A stretch of 64,000 nucleotides of DNA, taken from NCBI GenBank assembly GCA_965199105.1, contig CBDAQO010000002.1:2672302-2736301 (forward strand). Direction: 5' to 3'. Origin of the DNA: Acetobacteraceae bacterium (GTDB lineage: Bacteria; Pseudomonadota; Alphaproteobacteria; Acetobacterales; Acetobacteraceae). The translations under genes were made by a program, and so were the position numbers. The notes under the pieces were generated by a model. It was not told the origin of the DNA. It did not search any database and was given only the letters and a program-made list of their open reading frames with translations. Below, one piece after another: positions 28,250-38,933 of the stretch (position 1 is the first letter of the stretch; the number at the start of each line of letters is the position of its first letter).

Positions 28250-29809
28250 TCAGAATACGCCGTGCAGGAACCAGCGCAGGTCGCCGGTGGTGGCGTCTTG
28301 GCCGTCGCCGCGGCGGTAGAGCCAGAAGCGACGGCCGGCTTCGTCTTCCACCTGCCAGTAATCCCGCACGGCGGTCCGTTCGCCATCGTTGCGCCACCAT
28401 TCGCCGGTGATGCGCTCGGGGCCGTCGGCGCGGCGCACGTGGTGGCGATGGCGGCGCCAGGTGAAGGCTACGGGGGGCTGGTCGGGCAGGGCGGAAATGG
28501 TTTCCACCGGCTGGGGCGGGTGCAGCAGCCGGGCCGGGCGCGCCCATAGCGGCCAGGCGGCGCCGGTGGTGGGGGCGACGGGCGAGACCCGGCGCACCGA
28601 GCGCTCCGGCACGTCGCTTGCCACGGGGGCGGCGCGCCAGACCCGGTGAGCGCCCAGGCGGTTGGCCAGGCGGTCCACCAGCACGGACACGTCCACCTCG
28701 ACCTGCGCGATGAGGGCCGCCACCTGGTGGTAGGCCAATGGCTCCGCCAACGGCACCAGCAGGCGCATCGCTTCCACGCCCAAGCCGGGGTCGACGCTCT
28801 CCACCCGCTCGTCGAGCAGGCGGGCGAGGTGTCCGGCGTCCCGCGAGGGGCGGGCGGTGCCGACGCGGACGGCTTGCACCGTGCCGTCGACGCGTTCGAA
28901 CAGGAGGTCGAGTTGGCGGGCGCCGGTGCCGGAGCGCTCGAGGATGGCGCAGACCCGGCGCACCAGGCGGGCGATGGCGGCGACGAGGCTTTCGGCGGTG
29001 AGCAGCGGCTCGGGAAAGGCTAGCCGGGCTTGCGGGAGGTTGGGCGGGGTGATGGGGGTGATGGGTTCGGGTGTGCGGCCGAGTGCCTGGTCCACGCGGT
29101 TGAGCACGGCGTCCCCGAAGCGCCGGGCCAAGGGGGCGCGGGGGATGGCGGCGAGGGCGGCCACGGTTTCCACGCCGAGGCGGCGCAGGGCGGCGATGGC
29201 GTCGGTGTGGAGGCGCAAGGCTTCGACTGGGAGGGCGGCGATGGCGGCGGCGGTGGCGCCTGGGGGGGCGATGATGCAGGTGGGCTGGCTGCTGGTGCCG
29301 TAGCGGGCGAGGGCGTGGGCGGCGCCGGGGGTGTCGGCGATGGCGGCGCGGGCGGCCAGCCCGTCGGTGGCCAGGCGGGAGACCAGGGCCTGCAGCATCG
29401 CGCTTTCGCCGCCATGCAGGTGGCTGCTGCCGGTGGCGTCGATCCACACTCCATCGCTGTCCGGTGCGGTGAGCGGCGCCAGGCATAGGCACCAGGCGGC
29501 CAGCCCGGCCAGGAAGGTGGCGTCGCCCGCCGGGTCGGCATCCATCACGGCGAGGCTGGGCACTATGGCTTGGGCTTGCGCCAGCGGCTGCCCGGGGCGC
29601 AGGCCGAGCGCCTGGGCGGCTGCGTCGGCGGCTGCGATCACGGTGCGGTGGCCGTCATGCTGGCGGGTGACGAGCGGGGTGTCAGCCGGTGGCGCGCTCC
29701 CAGCAAGATCCCCTGGCACGCTCTTCGCCCGATCCCCCGGCACGCTCTTCGCGTGACGTAACCGGTCGGTCGCAAAGGTCGGTAGCCAAAGTGAGATGAC
29801 CCTGCGCAT
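28250..29809 (-). CDS. imuB: ImuB, Y-family polymerase-like protein of the mutagenesis cassette
   Basis: Internal start MRRVISLWLPTFATDRLRH... is the canonical ImuB N-terminus. The upstream 69 codons of the track ORF are Arg/Pro-rich junk that overlaps imuA. Confidence 0.9.
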   Translation of the reverse strand: MRRVISLWLPTFATDRLRHAKSVPGDRAKSVPGDLAGSAPPADTPLVTRQHDGHRTVIAAADAAAQALGLRPGQPLAQAQAIVPSLAVMDADPAGDATFLAGLAAWCLCLAPLTAPDSDGVWIDATGSSHLHGGESAMLQALVSRLATDGLAARAAIADTPGAAHALARYGTSSQPTCIIAPPGATAAAIAALPVEALRLHTDAIAALRRLGVETVAALAAIPRAPLARRFGDAVLNRVDQALGRTPEPITPITPPNLPQARLAFPEPLLTAESLVAAIARLVRRVCAILERSGTGARQLDLLFERVDGTVQAVRVGTARPSRDAGHLARLLDERVESVDPGLGVEAMRLLVPLAEPLAYHQVAALIAQVEVDVSVLVDRLANRLGAHRVWRAAPVASDVPERSVRRVSPVAPTTGAAWPLWARPARLLHPPQPVETISALPDQPPVAFTWRRHRHHVRRADGPERITGEWWRNDGERTAVRDYWQVEDEAGRRFWLYRRGDGQDATTGDLRWFLHGVF

Positions 29810-30530
29810 CGGGAGCCTCCACGGTCCAGGTTGCGGGAGCGCCGCCGCGGCAGCGCAGCAGATCGAGCCGCCAGTGGGCGCGAGCGAGGCCCGGCACGTG
29901 CGGCGCGTGCGGCAGCGGCGGCGGCGAGGGCAGGGGCGCGACCCGCCAGCGCGTGACCGCCGCGTTGGGCTCGGCCAACGCCGGGTCGGCGGCCAGGCGC
30001 ACCCGGCGCAGGGCAAAGGCGATTACGCCCGAGCTTTCTGCCGCCAGTTGCAGCCGCCGTGACGTGGTGAGGCCGAGCTTGCCCACTTCGCCCACCACCG
30101 CGGCCAAGCCGGGATGGCGCAGCGCCTCCTCCATCACCAGGGGGACTTCGCGCCCGGCCTCGGCGAAGACCACGCGGTCGGGGTGCAGGCCGGCGGCGGC
30201 GAGGCCGGGAGCGAACAGGTCGGGGCGTGCGACCGCCCAGAGGATGGGGCCGCCGCGCTGCTGGCCCAGCAGCCCGGCCAGCAGCAGCGCGGCGGTGGCG
30301 GCATGCTCGGTGTCGGGCCCTTCGCCGGCGACTTCGTGCAAGGCGCCCCGCAGCAGGCCGCCGCCGGGCAGGTGCGCGTCGATGGCGGGCACGCCGAAGC
30401 GCATCACGCCTGCGCGCAGGGCGGAGGGGCGCTGCTCGATGCGGGCGACGCGGGCGCGCAGGGCGTCGAGCCCATGCGGAGCGTCAAGCCTGGGGGCGTT
30501 CAGCCCGGAGGGGAGGGTTTGCTGCATCAT
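29682..30530 (-). CDS. imuA: ImuA (RecA/SulA-like) of the mutagenesis cassette
   Basis: ...GVPAIDAHLPGGGLLRGALHEV... and ...HWRLDLLRCRGG... are typical of ImuA. The start is placed at ATG ATG (30530) just downstream of the SOS box; the track start at 30581 would put the box inside the CDS. Confidence 0.8.
   Translation of the reverse strand: MMQQTLPSGLNAPRLDAPHGLDALRARVARIEQRPSALRAGVMRFGVPAIDAHLPGGGLLRGALHEVAGEGPDTEHAATAALLLAGLLGQQRGGPILWAVARPDLFAPGLAAAGLHPDRVVFAEAGREVPLVMEEALRHPGLAAVVGEVGKLGLTTSRRLQLAAESSGVIAFALRRVRLAADPALAEPNAAVTRWRVAPLPSPPPLPHAPHVPGLARAHWRLDLLRCRGGAPATWTVEAPDAQGHLTLATDLCDRPVTSREERAGGSGEERARGSCWERATG
29707..29754. repeat. Near-exact 24-nt tandem duplication inside the imuA/imuB overlap
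   Basis: gatcccctggcacgctcttcgccc followed by gatcccccggcacgctcttcgcgt. Read as AKSVPGD x2 in imuB and as EERAxGS x2 in imuA. Confidence 0.85.
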
Positions 30531-30539
30531 CGTCGCAGC

Positions 30540-30554
30540 GAACATATACAGAAC
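30540..30554 (-). promoter_or_regulatory. Alphaproteobacterial LexA (SOS) box, GTTC-N7-GTTC
   Basis: The plus strand reads GAACATATACAGAAC, which is GTTCTGTATATGTTC on the coding strand. It ends 9 nt upstream of the proposed imuA start. Confidence 0.75.
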
Positions 30555-30727
30555 GAAGTTGGATTGGGAAGGCAATCCCATTCCACCAGCGTTACAGCGG
30601 ACAGAAAGCGTCGTTAACTCAGCGCGATGGATTGTTTTCCTGCCGTGCCGGGTGCGACTCGCAGGTTAACCCGGCGCTAAGCATGATGCGCTAGAGTCTG
30701 GCCGGATGATCCAGGCCTCCGGTGACC

Positions 30728-32083
30728 TCACCTAGGGTCATTACGCCCTAACGCCGCCTCGGCCGCTGCCGCGAGCGCGAACAAGCGGGCGTCGGCGCCG
30801 GTTTCGCCCACCAACATCAGCCCGGCGGGGGGCTCGCCAGGGCGGTGGCAGGGCAGGCTGATGGCGCAACGATCGAGGAAATTGCCTAGCGACGTGTTGC
30901 GCAGCATCAGCGCGTTCACCCGGGAGAACACGGCGTCGCTCGCCTCGAGCTCGGCGATGGGTGGCGGAACGATGGGCACGGTGGGCATGACCAGGGCGTC
31001 GAACGGCGCGGTGAGGCGGTCCATCTCGGCGATGATCGCGCGCCGCCCGGCCAATACGTCCAGGTAGTCGGCGGCACTCGCTCCGGCGCCGCCCTCGATG
31101 CGGACGCGAACCCGCGGGTCATACTGGGCGCCACCGCGAGCGAGCAGCGCCCGGTGCCAGGCGAAGGCCTCGCAGGCGGCGAAGCTGGTTCGCGCCGTGG
31201 TGGCGCCGATGCGATGAAGCGAGGGGAAATGCACCCGCACGATGCTGGCGCCCGCGGCGGCGAGGGTGGCCAGGGCGCGCTCGAAGGCGGCTTCGGTGGG
31301 CGCATCCATGTCGTCGGTGACGATGTGCTCCGGCAGGGCGAACCGTGCGCCGGCCAGGCTGCTCCTGGCGGGGGGCTGCGGTGGTTCGCCGGCCAGGACC
31401 GCGTCGACGATGGCGCAACACGCGACGCTGTTGGCCAGCGGCCCCACGGAATCGAGGCTGAAGGCGAGCGGCAGCACCCCTTCCAGCGGCACCCGTCGCG
31501 CGGTCGGTTTGTAGCCGACGACGCCGCAGAGCGCCGCGGGGATGCGGCAGGAGCCGCCGGTGTCGGTGCCGAGGGCGGCGTAGGCCATGCCGTCTGCCAC
31601 CGAGACGCCGGCGCCGGAGGAGCTGCCGCCGGGGATGCGCCGGGTCGCGCGGTCCCACGGGCTGGCGGGGGTGCCGTAATGCGGGTTGAGGCCGACGCCG
31701 GAGAAGGCGAACTCGGTCATGTTGGTGCGGCCGACCGGGATGAAGCCGGCGGCCAGCATGCGGGCCACCACGGGGGCGTGCGCTGGGGCGGGTGGGGCAG
31801 TGGCGAGCACGACGGAGCCGGCGGTGGTGACCTGGCCGGCGACGTCCAGCAGGTCCTTCAGGCTGACCGGGATGCCGGCGTAGGGCCCGGCGGCGCGGCC
31901 GTGCTTGCGCATCGCGTCGGTGGCGTCGGCCTGGGCGCGGGCGGCGTCGGCGGTGACGGTGATGAAGCTGCGGGCACCCTCACCGGCCGGGTCGGCGATG
32001 CGGGCGAGGCACTCCTCGACGAGCTGGCGGCTGGTGGTGGTGCCGGCGGCGAGCGCTTGGGCTAGGGTGATGAGGGTTGGCAT
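30728..32083 (-). CDS. Amidase-signature (AS) family amidase
   Basis: 451 aa with the Gly/Ser-rich AS motif ...GGSSSGAGVSVA... Last gene of the upp/DUF1688 operon. Confidence 0.85.
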   Translation of the reverse strand: MPTLITLAQALAAGTTTSRQLVEECLARIADPAGEGARSFITVTADAARAQADATDAMRKHGRAAGPYAGIPVSLKDLLDVAGQVTTAGSVVLATAPPAPAHAPVVARMLAAGFIPVGRTNMTEFAFSGVGLNPHYGTPASPWDRATRRIPGGSSSGAGVSVADGMAYAALGTDTGGSCRIPAALCGVVGYKPTARRVPLEGVLPLAFSLDSVGPLANSVACCAIVDAVLAGEPPQPPARSSLAGARFALPEHIVTDDMDAPTEAAFERALATLAAAGASIVRVHFPSLHRIGATTARTSFAACEAFAWHRALLARGGAQYDPRVRVRIEGGAGASAADYLDVLAGRRAIIAEMDRLTAPFDALVMPTVPIVPPPIAELEASDAVFSRVNALMLRNTSLGNFLDRCAISLPCHRPGEPPAGLMLVGETGADARLFALAAAAEAALGRNDPR

Positions 32084-32137
32084 ACCGGGCAGCCTGACGC
32101 TGCGGCATCAGGCGCACAACCCCACCTTCAGCGGTCG

Positions 32138-32770
32138 TTACTTGGTGCCGTATAGCCTGTCCCCCGCATCGCCCAAGCCGGGGCGGATGTAGCCGTGTTC
32201 GTCCAGTTCGCGGTCGATGGCGGCGGTGAACACGGGGACGTCCGGGTGCTCGCTTGCCAGCACGGCCAGGCCTTCGGGCGCGGCGAGCAGGCAGACGAAA
32301 CGGAGCTGCACGGCGCCGGCCTCGCGCAAGCGCTTCAAGGCGGCGGCGGCGGAGTGGCCGGTGGCGAGCATGGGGTCGATCAGGATGACCAGGCGCTCGG
32401 GCAGGTCCTCCGGAAGCTTGAGGTAGTATTCGACCGGGACCAGCGTCGCCGGGTCGCGGTAGAGGCCGATATGGCCGACGCGGGCGGAGGGGATCAGGTC
32501 CAGCATGCCGTCCAGGATGCCGTTGCCGGCGCGCAGGATGGGGACGAAGCACAGCTTCTTGCCGGTGAGCTGGGGCGCTTCCATCGGCTCCAGCGGGGTT
32601 TCAATGGCGACGGTCTCGAGCGGCAGGTCCCGCGTGACTTCGTAGGCGATCAGCAGGCTGATTTCGCGCGCGATGCGGCGGAAGTCGGCGACCGAAGTGG
32701 CCTTGTGGCGCATCAAGGTCAGTTTGTGCTGGACCAGCGGATGCGCGATCAGGGTGACCTGCTGGGTCAA
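32138..32770 (-). CDS. upp: Uracil phosphoribosyltransferase
   Basis: (M)[20 protein letters not shown]..., PILRAGNG and a PRPP-binding loop [13 protein letters not shown]. The TTG start at 32770 overlaps the stop of the upstream gene (TTGA). Confidence 0.9.
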   Translation of the reverse strand: MTQQVTLIAHPLVQHKLTLMRHKATSVADFRRIAREISLLIAYEVTRDLPLETVAIETPLEPMEAPQLTGKKLCFVPILRAGNGILDGMLDLIPSARVGHIGLYRDPATLVPVEYYLKLPEDLPERLVILIDPMLATGHSAAAALKRLREAGAVQLRFVCLLAAPEGLAVLASEHPDVPVFTAAIDRELDEHGYIRPGLGDAGDRLYGTK

Positions 32771-33955
32771 AACACGGTCCCGTCGCTCACCACCTGCAGC
32801 GGGGGGCCGCCACCGGGCCGGCGCTCGGCGGCGATGGCGCGGCCGGCTGCCCAGGTGCCGCCTTCGAGGATGCGGGACAGCGGGAGGCTGTTCGCGTCCC
32901 GGCCGAGGCGCTGGCGGATCAGCGGGGCCAAGCGGTCGAGCAAGGCCACGGTGAGCGCGCGCCACTCGACGATGGCGGGGTGGCCCGGCGGCAATGGCGC
33001 CTGGTGCAGCGCGTCGTCGCGCAGTGCGAGCGCGCCCAAGTCGATGAACAGGCCGCCGTTGCGGTATTCGGCCAGGCCGGTCAGCCCGTCGATGCCGTGC
33101 ACGGCGATGCCGGCCTCCTCGAAGACCTCCAGCAGGGAGTAGGTGAGCCATTGGGAAAGCTTGTGAAACGGCACCAGGCCGTCGGCGGGCATGGCCGGAT
33201 GTGGCCACACGTCCCCGAGCGGGCGGCCGGCGAGGGCGAGCTGCCGGGGCCAGATAGGCCCCAGCCCGTCCAGCAGGGCGGCGAGCAGCGCGGGGGCTTC
33301 GAGCGCAGCGGCGCCGGCGAAGCGGTCATACAGGCCGCCGATGCGACCGCCTGGAAACAGATCCGGCCGTTCGAGCAGCGCGCCGCCGAGGTTGCGCAGC
33401 AGGGCGGCGCGGCCTTCGAGCCCGGCCAGGGGGTTTTCCGGGCCGACTTGGAAGGCCGCTCCTAAGGCCTGCGCGGTGAGCTGTCGCAACCCTGCCGCGT
33501 CCGCACGGGGCGCGCCGGTGGCGGAGAACAAGCCGGCGCGGAAGGCGTGCAGGCTGGCGACGCCCAAGCCTTCGGAGCGGGTCACGCGTTGGCCAGTGCC
33601 GGGTTCCAGGTAGTGCCAGCCAGGGCCGGACCCGGCGTCCAGCAAGACGCTGACGACGCAGAGGTCGATGCGGATGCGCGCCAACTCTGCGGTGTCGACC
33701 GGCTGCAGTGCGTGGTGGAGCGACGCCCAGCGGTCGATGCCGCCGGTGGCGAAATGGCGCCAGCGGGCGTGGTGGGGGATGGCGAGGCTGGGGTAGGCGG
33801 CGCGGATGACGGCGGCGGTGTAGTCGGCCAGCGCGTCGAGGCGGCCGAGGTCGACGGTGAAATGGGGCAGTTTGCCGGCTTCGGCCAGGCCGAGCATGAC
33901 GGTGCAACGGTCCCGCACGGCGGCGGCGGTGCATAGCCAGGCTGCGGTCTGGGCT

Positions 33956-33963
<8 letters not shown>
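32767..33963 (-). CDS. DUF1688 (URC4/Urg3 family) protein
   Basis: 398 aa. ...[23 protein letters not shown]... matches the DUF1688 family pattern as I recall it. Flanked by a GCH-II-like gene and upp, as in the fungal URC/urg genes. Confidence 0.7.
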
Positions 33964-35263
<1,300 letters not shown>

Positions 35264-35296
35264 GCTAGAGAGGGCAGGGCGTTGCGGTCAATGATC

Positions 35297-36568
35297 CTAT
35301 GATGGAGTGAAGGCCGGGTTAACCAGGGCGGCGAATTGATGTCGGGCCGGGCGCAGGGCGAGGAGGGCGAGGAGGGCGGTGATCACGTCTGCCGCGATGG
35401 CAACCACGAACACGGGGGTCCAGGACTGGGTGCTCTGGTGCAGCAGGGACGCCATCGGGCCGCCGAAGATGGCGCCGATGCCCTGCGCAATGTAGAGGCA
35501 GCCATAGTTGGTGGTGGCGTGCTTGGTGCCGAAGCTGTCGGTGAGGGTGGAGGGGAAGAGCGAGAAGATTTCGCCCCAGCCGAAGAACACCACGCCGGAG
35601 AGCAGCACGAACAGCAGCGGATCGTGCCGGGTGACAAGCCAGAGTGTCATGGCGAGCGCTTCGAGGCCGAACGCCAGCGCCATGGTGGGTTCACGGCCCA
35701 GCCGGTCCGACACCCAGCCGAAGAACGGGCGGGTGAGGCCATTGCAGAAGCGGTCGATGGTGAGCGCGAGCGGGACGGCGGCGAGGCCGAGCACCATGGT
35801 GCCGCTGACGCCGAAATCGGCGGCGAAGGTGGCGAGCTGCGAGGTGACCATGAGCCCGGTGGTGGCCATGAGCGTCATCATGACGAACATGAGCCAGAAC
35901 AGCTTGGTCTTGAGCATGGCCTTGGTGGCGACGTCCGGGCTGGCGGGCGAGCCAGTCGGGGTGGCTTGCATGGGCGGGCGGCGCAGGCCCAGGGCAGCCA
36001 GGACGCCGACGGCGCCGAGCGCGAGGCCGAAGTCGAACAGGGTGGTTTGCAGTCCGGCGCTGGCGAGGCTGCCGGAGATGGGGAAGGTGGTGACGATGGC
36101 GCCCATGCCGTAGCCGGCGGCAACCACCCCGGCGGCAAACCCGCGGTTGGTGGGGAACCAGCCGACCATGAGGCCGACCACGCCGACATAGACGATGCCG
36201 GTGCCCAAGCCGCCGAGCAGCCCATAGGTGAGATAGAGCCCGGCGAGGCTGGTGGTGCTGGAGGCGAGCACCCACGATAGCCCGGTGAGCAGGGCGCCGA
36301 GCGACACCAGGAGGCGCGGTCCGAAGCGCTCGATCAACCAGCCTTGGAACGGGCTGAAGAAGGTCTGCAGCACGACGAGGATGGAGAACGTGGTTTGTAT
36401 GGCGGCGGCGGAGGCTCCAAGCGAGCTGCCGAGCGGCTTGGTGAAGAGGGTCCAGACGTATTGCGGGCTGCTGATCGCCATCATGCACAGCAGGCCGAGC
36501 AAGAGCTGGACCCAGCGCGTGCTGGTTTGGGGGACGGTGTCGGAGGGGAGTGTGGCCGTGCTGCTCAT
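35297..36568 (-). CDS. MFS transporter (oxalate/formate antiporter-like subfamily)
   Basis: 423 aa with 12 hydrophobic spans. First gene of the same-strand cluster 30728-36568. Confidence 0.75.
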   Translation of the reverse strand: MSSTATLPSDTVPQTSTRWVQLLLGLLCMMAISSPQYVWTLFTKPLGSSLGASAAAIQTTFSILVVLQTFFSPFQGWLIERFGPRLLVSLGALLTGLSWVLASSTTSLAGLYLTYGLLGGLGTGIVYVGVVGLMVGWFPTNRGFAAGVVAAGYGMGAIVTTFPISGSLASAGLQTTLFDFGLALGAVGVLAALGLRRPPMQATPTGSPASPDVATKAMLKTKLFWLMFVMMTLMATTGLMVTSQLATFAADFGVSGTMVLGLAAVPLALTIDRFCNGLTRPFFGWVSDRLGREPTMALAFGLEALAMTLWLVTRHDPLLFVLLSGVVFFGWGEIFSLFPSTLTDSFGTKHATTNYGCLYIAQGIGAIFGGPMASLLHQSTQSWTPVFVVAIAADVITALLALLALRPARHQFAALVNPAFTPS

Positions 36569-36790
36569 GGAGCCGTGAAGGCAAGAATTATGCCGCTACC
36601 ATCCTGAAATGGCGGGTAGAATGGCTGTCGCGATGAAGGGGTTGAGCGGTGTGGTTGGCGTTTGCCTGCGTCGGATCATTGCATGTGGGCCAAACATAGC
36701 GTTTTATGGTGTGACCCCATTTGCGGCTAAGGGTGGTGTTGACCTGGGATAGTGCCTAGGTTGGGTATGATTGCAATGAGGATGGGCGTG

Positions 36791-36994
36791 ATGGCGACCG
36801 GTACAGTGAAGTGGTTTAATGCGACGAAGGGCTTCGGCTTTATTCAGCCCGAGAGTGGCGGCAAGGATGTGTTCGTGCACATCACGGCCGTTCAGGCGGC
36901 TGGGCTGCGCGGGCTCGATGAGAACCAGAAGGTCACCTACGATGTGGTGTCCGAGCGTGGCAAAGAGGCGGCGAGTAATCTGAAGATCGCGTAA
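36791..36994 (+). CDS. cspA: Cold-shock protein (CspA family)
   Basis: [34 protein letters not shown]... carries the canonical RNP1/RNP2 motifs. The start is taken at the internal ATG of the track ORF. Confidence 0.95.
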   Translation: MATGTVKWFNATKGFGFIQPESGGKDVFVHITAVQAAGLRGLDENQKVTYDVVSERGKEAASNLKIA

Positions 36995-37004
36995 CACGGG
37001 TCAG

Positions 37005-37033
37005 CCCGGTCATGCGGTAGCGTGATGACCGGG
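37005..37033 (+). terminator. Hairpin after cspA (terminator-like, no clear U-tract)
   Basis: cccggtcat ... atgaccggg forms a perfect 9-bp stem 10 nt after the cspA stop. Confidence 0.4.
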
Positions 37034-37071
37034 ATGGAGCAGTCTAAAGGCTCGCTTGTTCTCCAAGTGGG

Positions 37072-38442
37072 TTGTTGGCGAAGCACCGGCCCGGTCATTA
37101 CCGCGACTCCACCGCACGGGTGTGGCATGGCGCGAGCTTGTCAGTTGGTCGATCGCTTGCCGTGAGGCTGCGATTGGCGGGTCTTGGAAGCCTCGTTGCA
37201 GCCATGGTTGCGGCGGGGCTAGTCGTGTGGCGGCCTGCGCTGCCAAGGGTGGCGCCGGGTGCCCAGTTCGACCCGGCATTGGTGGTGCAAGGCGCGCACC
37301 TCGCCTCGATCGGGGATTGCGCCGTGTGCCACGCGGGGCGGGATGGCCAGCCTTATGCGGGCGGCAACCCGGTGCAGACGCCGTTCGGTAAGGTTTACGC
37401 CAGCAACATCACGCCCGACCCGGACACCGGGATTGGCACCTGGTCGGAAGCGGCGTTTCGGCGCTCGATGCTGGCGGGCGTGGATCGGGCCGGGCAGTTC
37501 CTCTATCCGGCCTATCCTTATAACCACTACACGCATGTGACGGACGCCGACATTGCGGCTCTGTATGCGTTCTTGATGACGCGGCAGCCGGTGCGGGCGC
37601 AGGCGCCGCCGACGCGCTTGCCGTTTCCGCTCGACATTCGCCCGCTGATGGCGGGCTGGAACCTGCTGTTCCTCGACCGCGGGCCGATCCAGGCCGATTC
37701 GGCGAAGGACGCGGCGTGGAACCGCGGGCGCTACCTGGTGGAAGGTCTCGGGCACTGCCAAGCCTGCCACTCACCACACAATGCGCTTGGGGCGGAAGAA
37801 ACCGGGCGGGCGTTCAGCGGCGGTCTGGCGGACGGCTGGGACGGGCCCGGACTAACGGCTGCCAGCTCGCCGGCCGCCATCGCATGGAGCGCCGATGCGC
37901 TCTACGACTTCTTGCGCCATGGGATCGACTCGCGGCATGCGGCGGCGGCCGGTCCGATGGGGCCGGTGTCGCACGATCTTTTTGCTGTGCCAGACGACGA
38001 TGTGCGCGCCATGGCGGTCTACATCGCCAGCATGACGGGTGCGCCCGACCCGGCGCGTGAACGGCAGGTGGCGGCGCGGGTGGCGGCGGCGCAGGCCCCG
38101 CCCGCGCTGCTGGCCGACAGCGAAGGGGCGCGGATCTTTGCCGGGGCCTGCGCTGGCTGCCACGGGGCGGGGGCGCCGATGATGCTGGGCGGGCGGCCGT
38201 CGCTGGCGCTGGGCAGCTCGGTGACCAGCCCGACGCCGCGCAATGCGACGCAGGTGGTGCTGTATGGCCTGCAGCCGACCGCGGGCGAGCAGGGGCCGTG
38301 GATGCCTGGGTTCGCCGGGTCACTGACCGACGACCAGGTGGCGGCCGTGCTTGGCTATGTGCGAGACCGGTTTACCGATCGGCCGGGCTGGACCGGGCTG
38401 GCGCAGGAGGTTCGCCGCATTCGAGGGGACAAGGGGTCGTGA
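37072..38442 (+). CDS. Tri-haem cytochrome c subunit of membrane-bound aldehyde dehydrogenase
   Basis: Three CxxCH motifs (CAVCH, CQACH, CAGCH) and an N-terminal membrane anchor. Precedes the 2Fe-2S and Moco subunits. The start is uncertain. Confidence 0.8.
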   Translation: MLAKHRPGHYRDSTARVWHGASLSVGRSLAVRLRLAGLGSLVAAMVAAGLVVWRPALPRVAPGAQFDPALVVQGAHLASIGDCAVCHAGRDGQPYAGGNPVQTPFGKVYASNITPDPDTGIGTWSEAAFRRSMLAGVDRAGQFLYPAYPYNHYTHVTDADIAALYAFLMTRQPVRAQAPPTRLPFPLDIRPLMAGWNLLFLDRGPIQADSAKDAAWNRGRYLVEGLGHCQACHSPHNALGAEETGRAFSGGLADGWDGPGLTAASSPAAIAWSADALYDFLRHGIDSRHAAAAGPMGPVSHDLFAVPDDDVRAMAVYIASMTGAPDPARERQVAARVAAAQAPPALLADSEGARIFAGACAGCHGAGAPMMLGGRPSLALGSSVTSPTPRNATQVVLYGLQPTAGEQGPWMPGFAGSLTDDQVAAVLGYVRDRFTDRPGWTGLAQEVRRIRGDKGS

Positions 38443-38933
38443 TCAGTCTGACGGTCAATGGCGGGCGGCATGACGTGGAGGTCGATCCGGCCACGCCGCT
38501 GCTGTATGTGCTGCGCGACACGCTGGGGCTGAACGGGGCCAAGTATGGCTGCGGGCTGGGGCAATGCGGGGCCTGCACCGTGATGCTGGACGGCATTGCG
38601 GTGTTTTCCTGCCTGACGCCGGTGGCGGTGCTGGAGGGGCGGCAGATCAAGACGGTGGAGGGGCTCGGCACGGTGGCGCATCCCGGGCCGCTGCAGCAGG
38701 CCTTTATCGACGAGCAGGCGGCGCAGTGTGGCTACTGCATCGCCGGGATGATCATGCGGGCACAGGCGTTGCTGGAGAAGAACGCGGCGCCGACGGAGCA
38801 GCAAATCCGCGCCCAGATGCAGCCCAATCTATGCCGCTGCGGCACCCATATGCGCATCCTGGCGGCGATCCGGCGGGCGGCGGCGGTGATGCGCTCGGCC
38901 CAGCTTGCGCCGCTGCCGGATGCGGCCGGATGA
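38439..38933 (+). CDS. (2Fe-2S)-binding small subunit of the molybdopterin aldehyde oxidoreductase
   Basis: (V)ISLTVNGGRHDVEVDPATPLLYVLRD..GCGLGQCGACTV...QCGYCIAG...CRCG. GTG 38439 overlaps the upstream stop (GTGA). Confidence 0.9.
   Translation: MISLTVNGGRHDVEVDPATPLLYVLRDTLGLNGAKYGCGLGQCGACTVMLDGIAVFSCLTPVAVLEGRQIKTVEGLGTVAHPGPLQQAFIDEQAAQCGYCIAGMIMRAQALLEKNAAPTEQQIRAQMQPNLCRCGTHMRILAAIRRAAAVMRSAQLAPLPDAAG

Noticed and set aside
36700-36790. A sigma70-like promoter for cspA (TTGACC ... TATGAT).
   Set aside because: The spacer between the two hexamers is about 21 nt by my count, too long for a confident call. The long cspA 5' leader itself could not be evaluated by eye.
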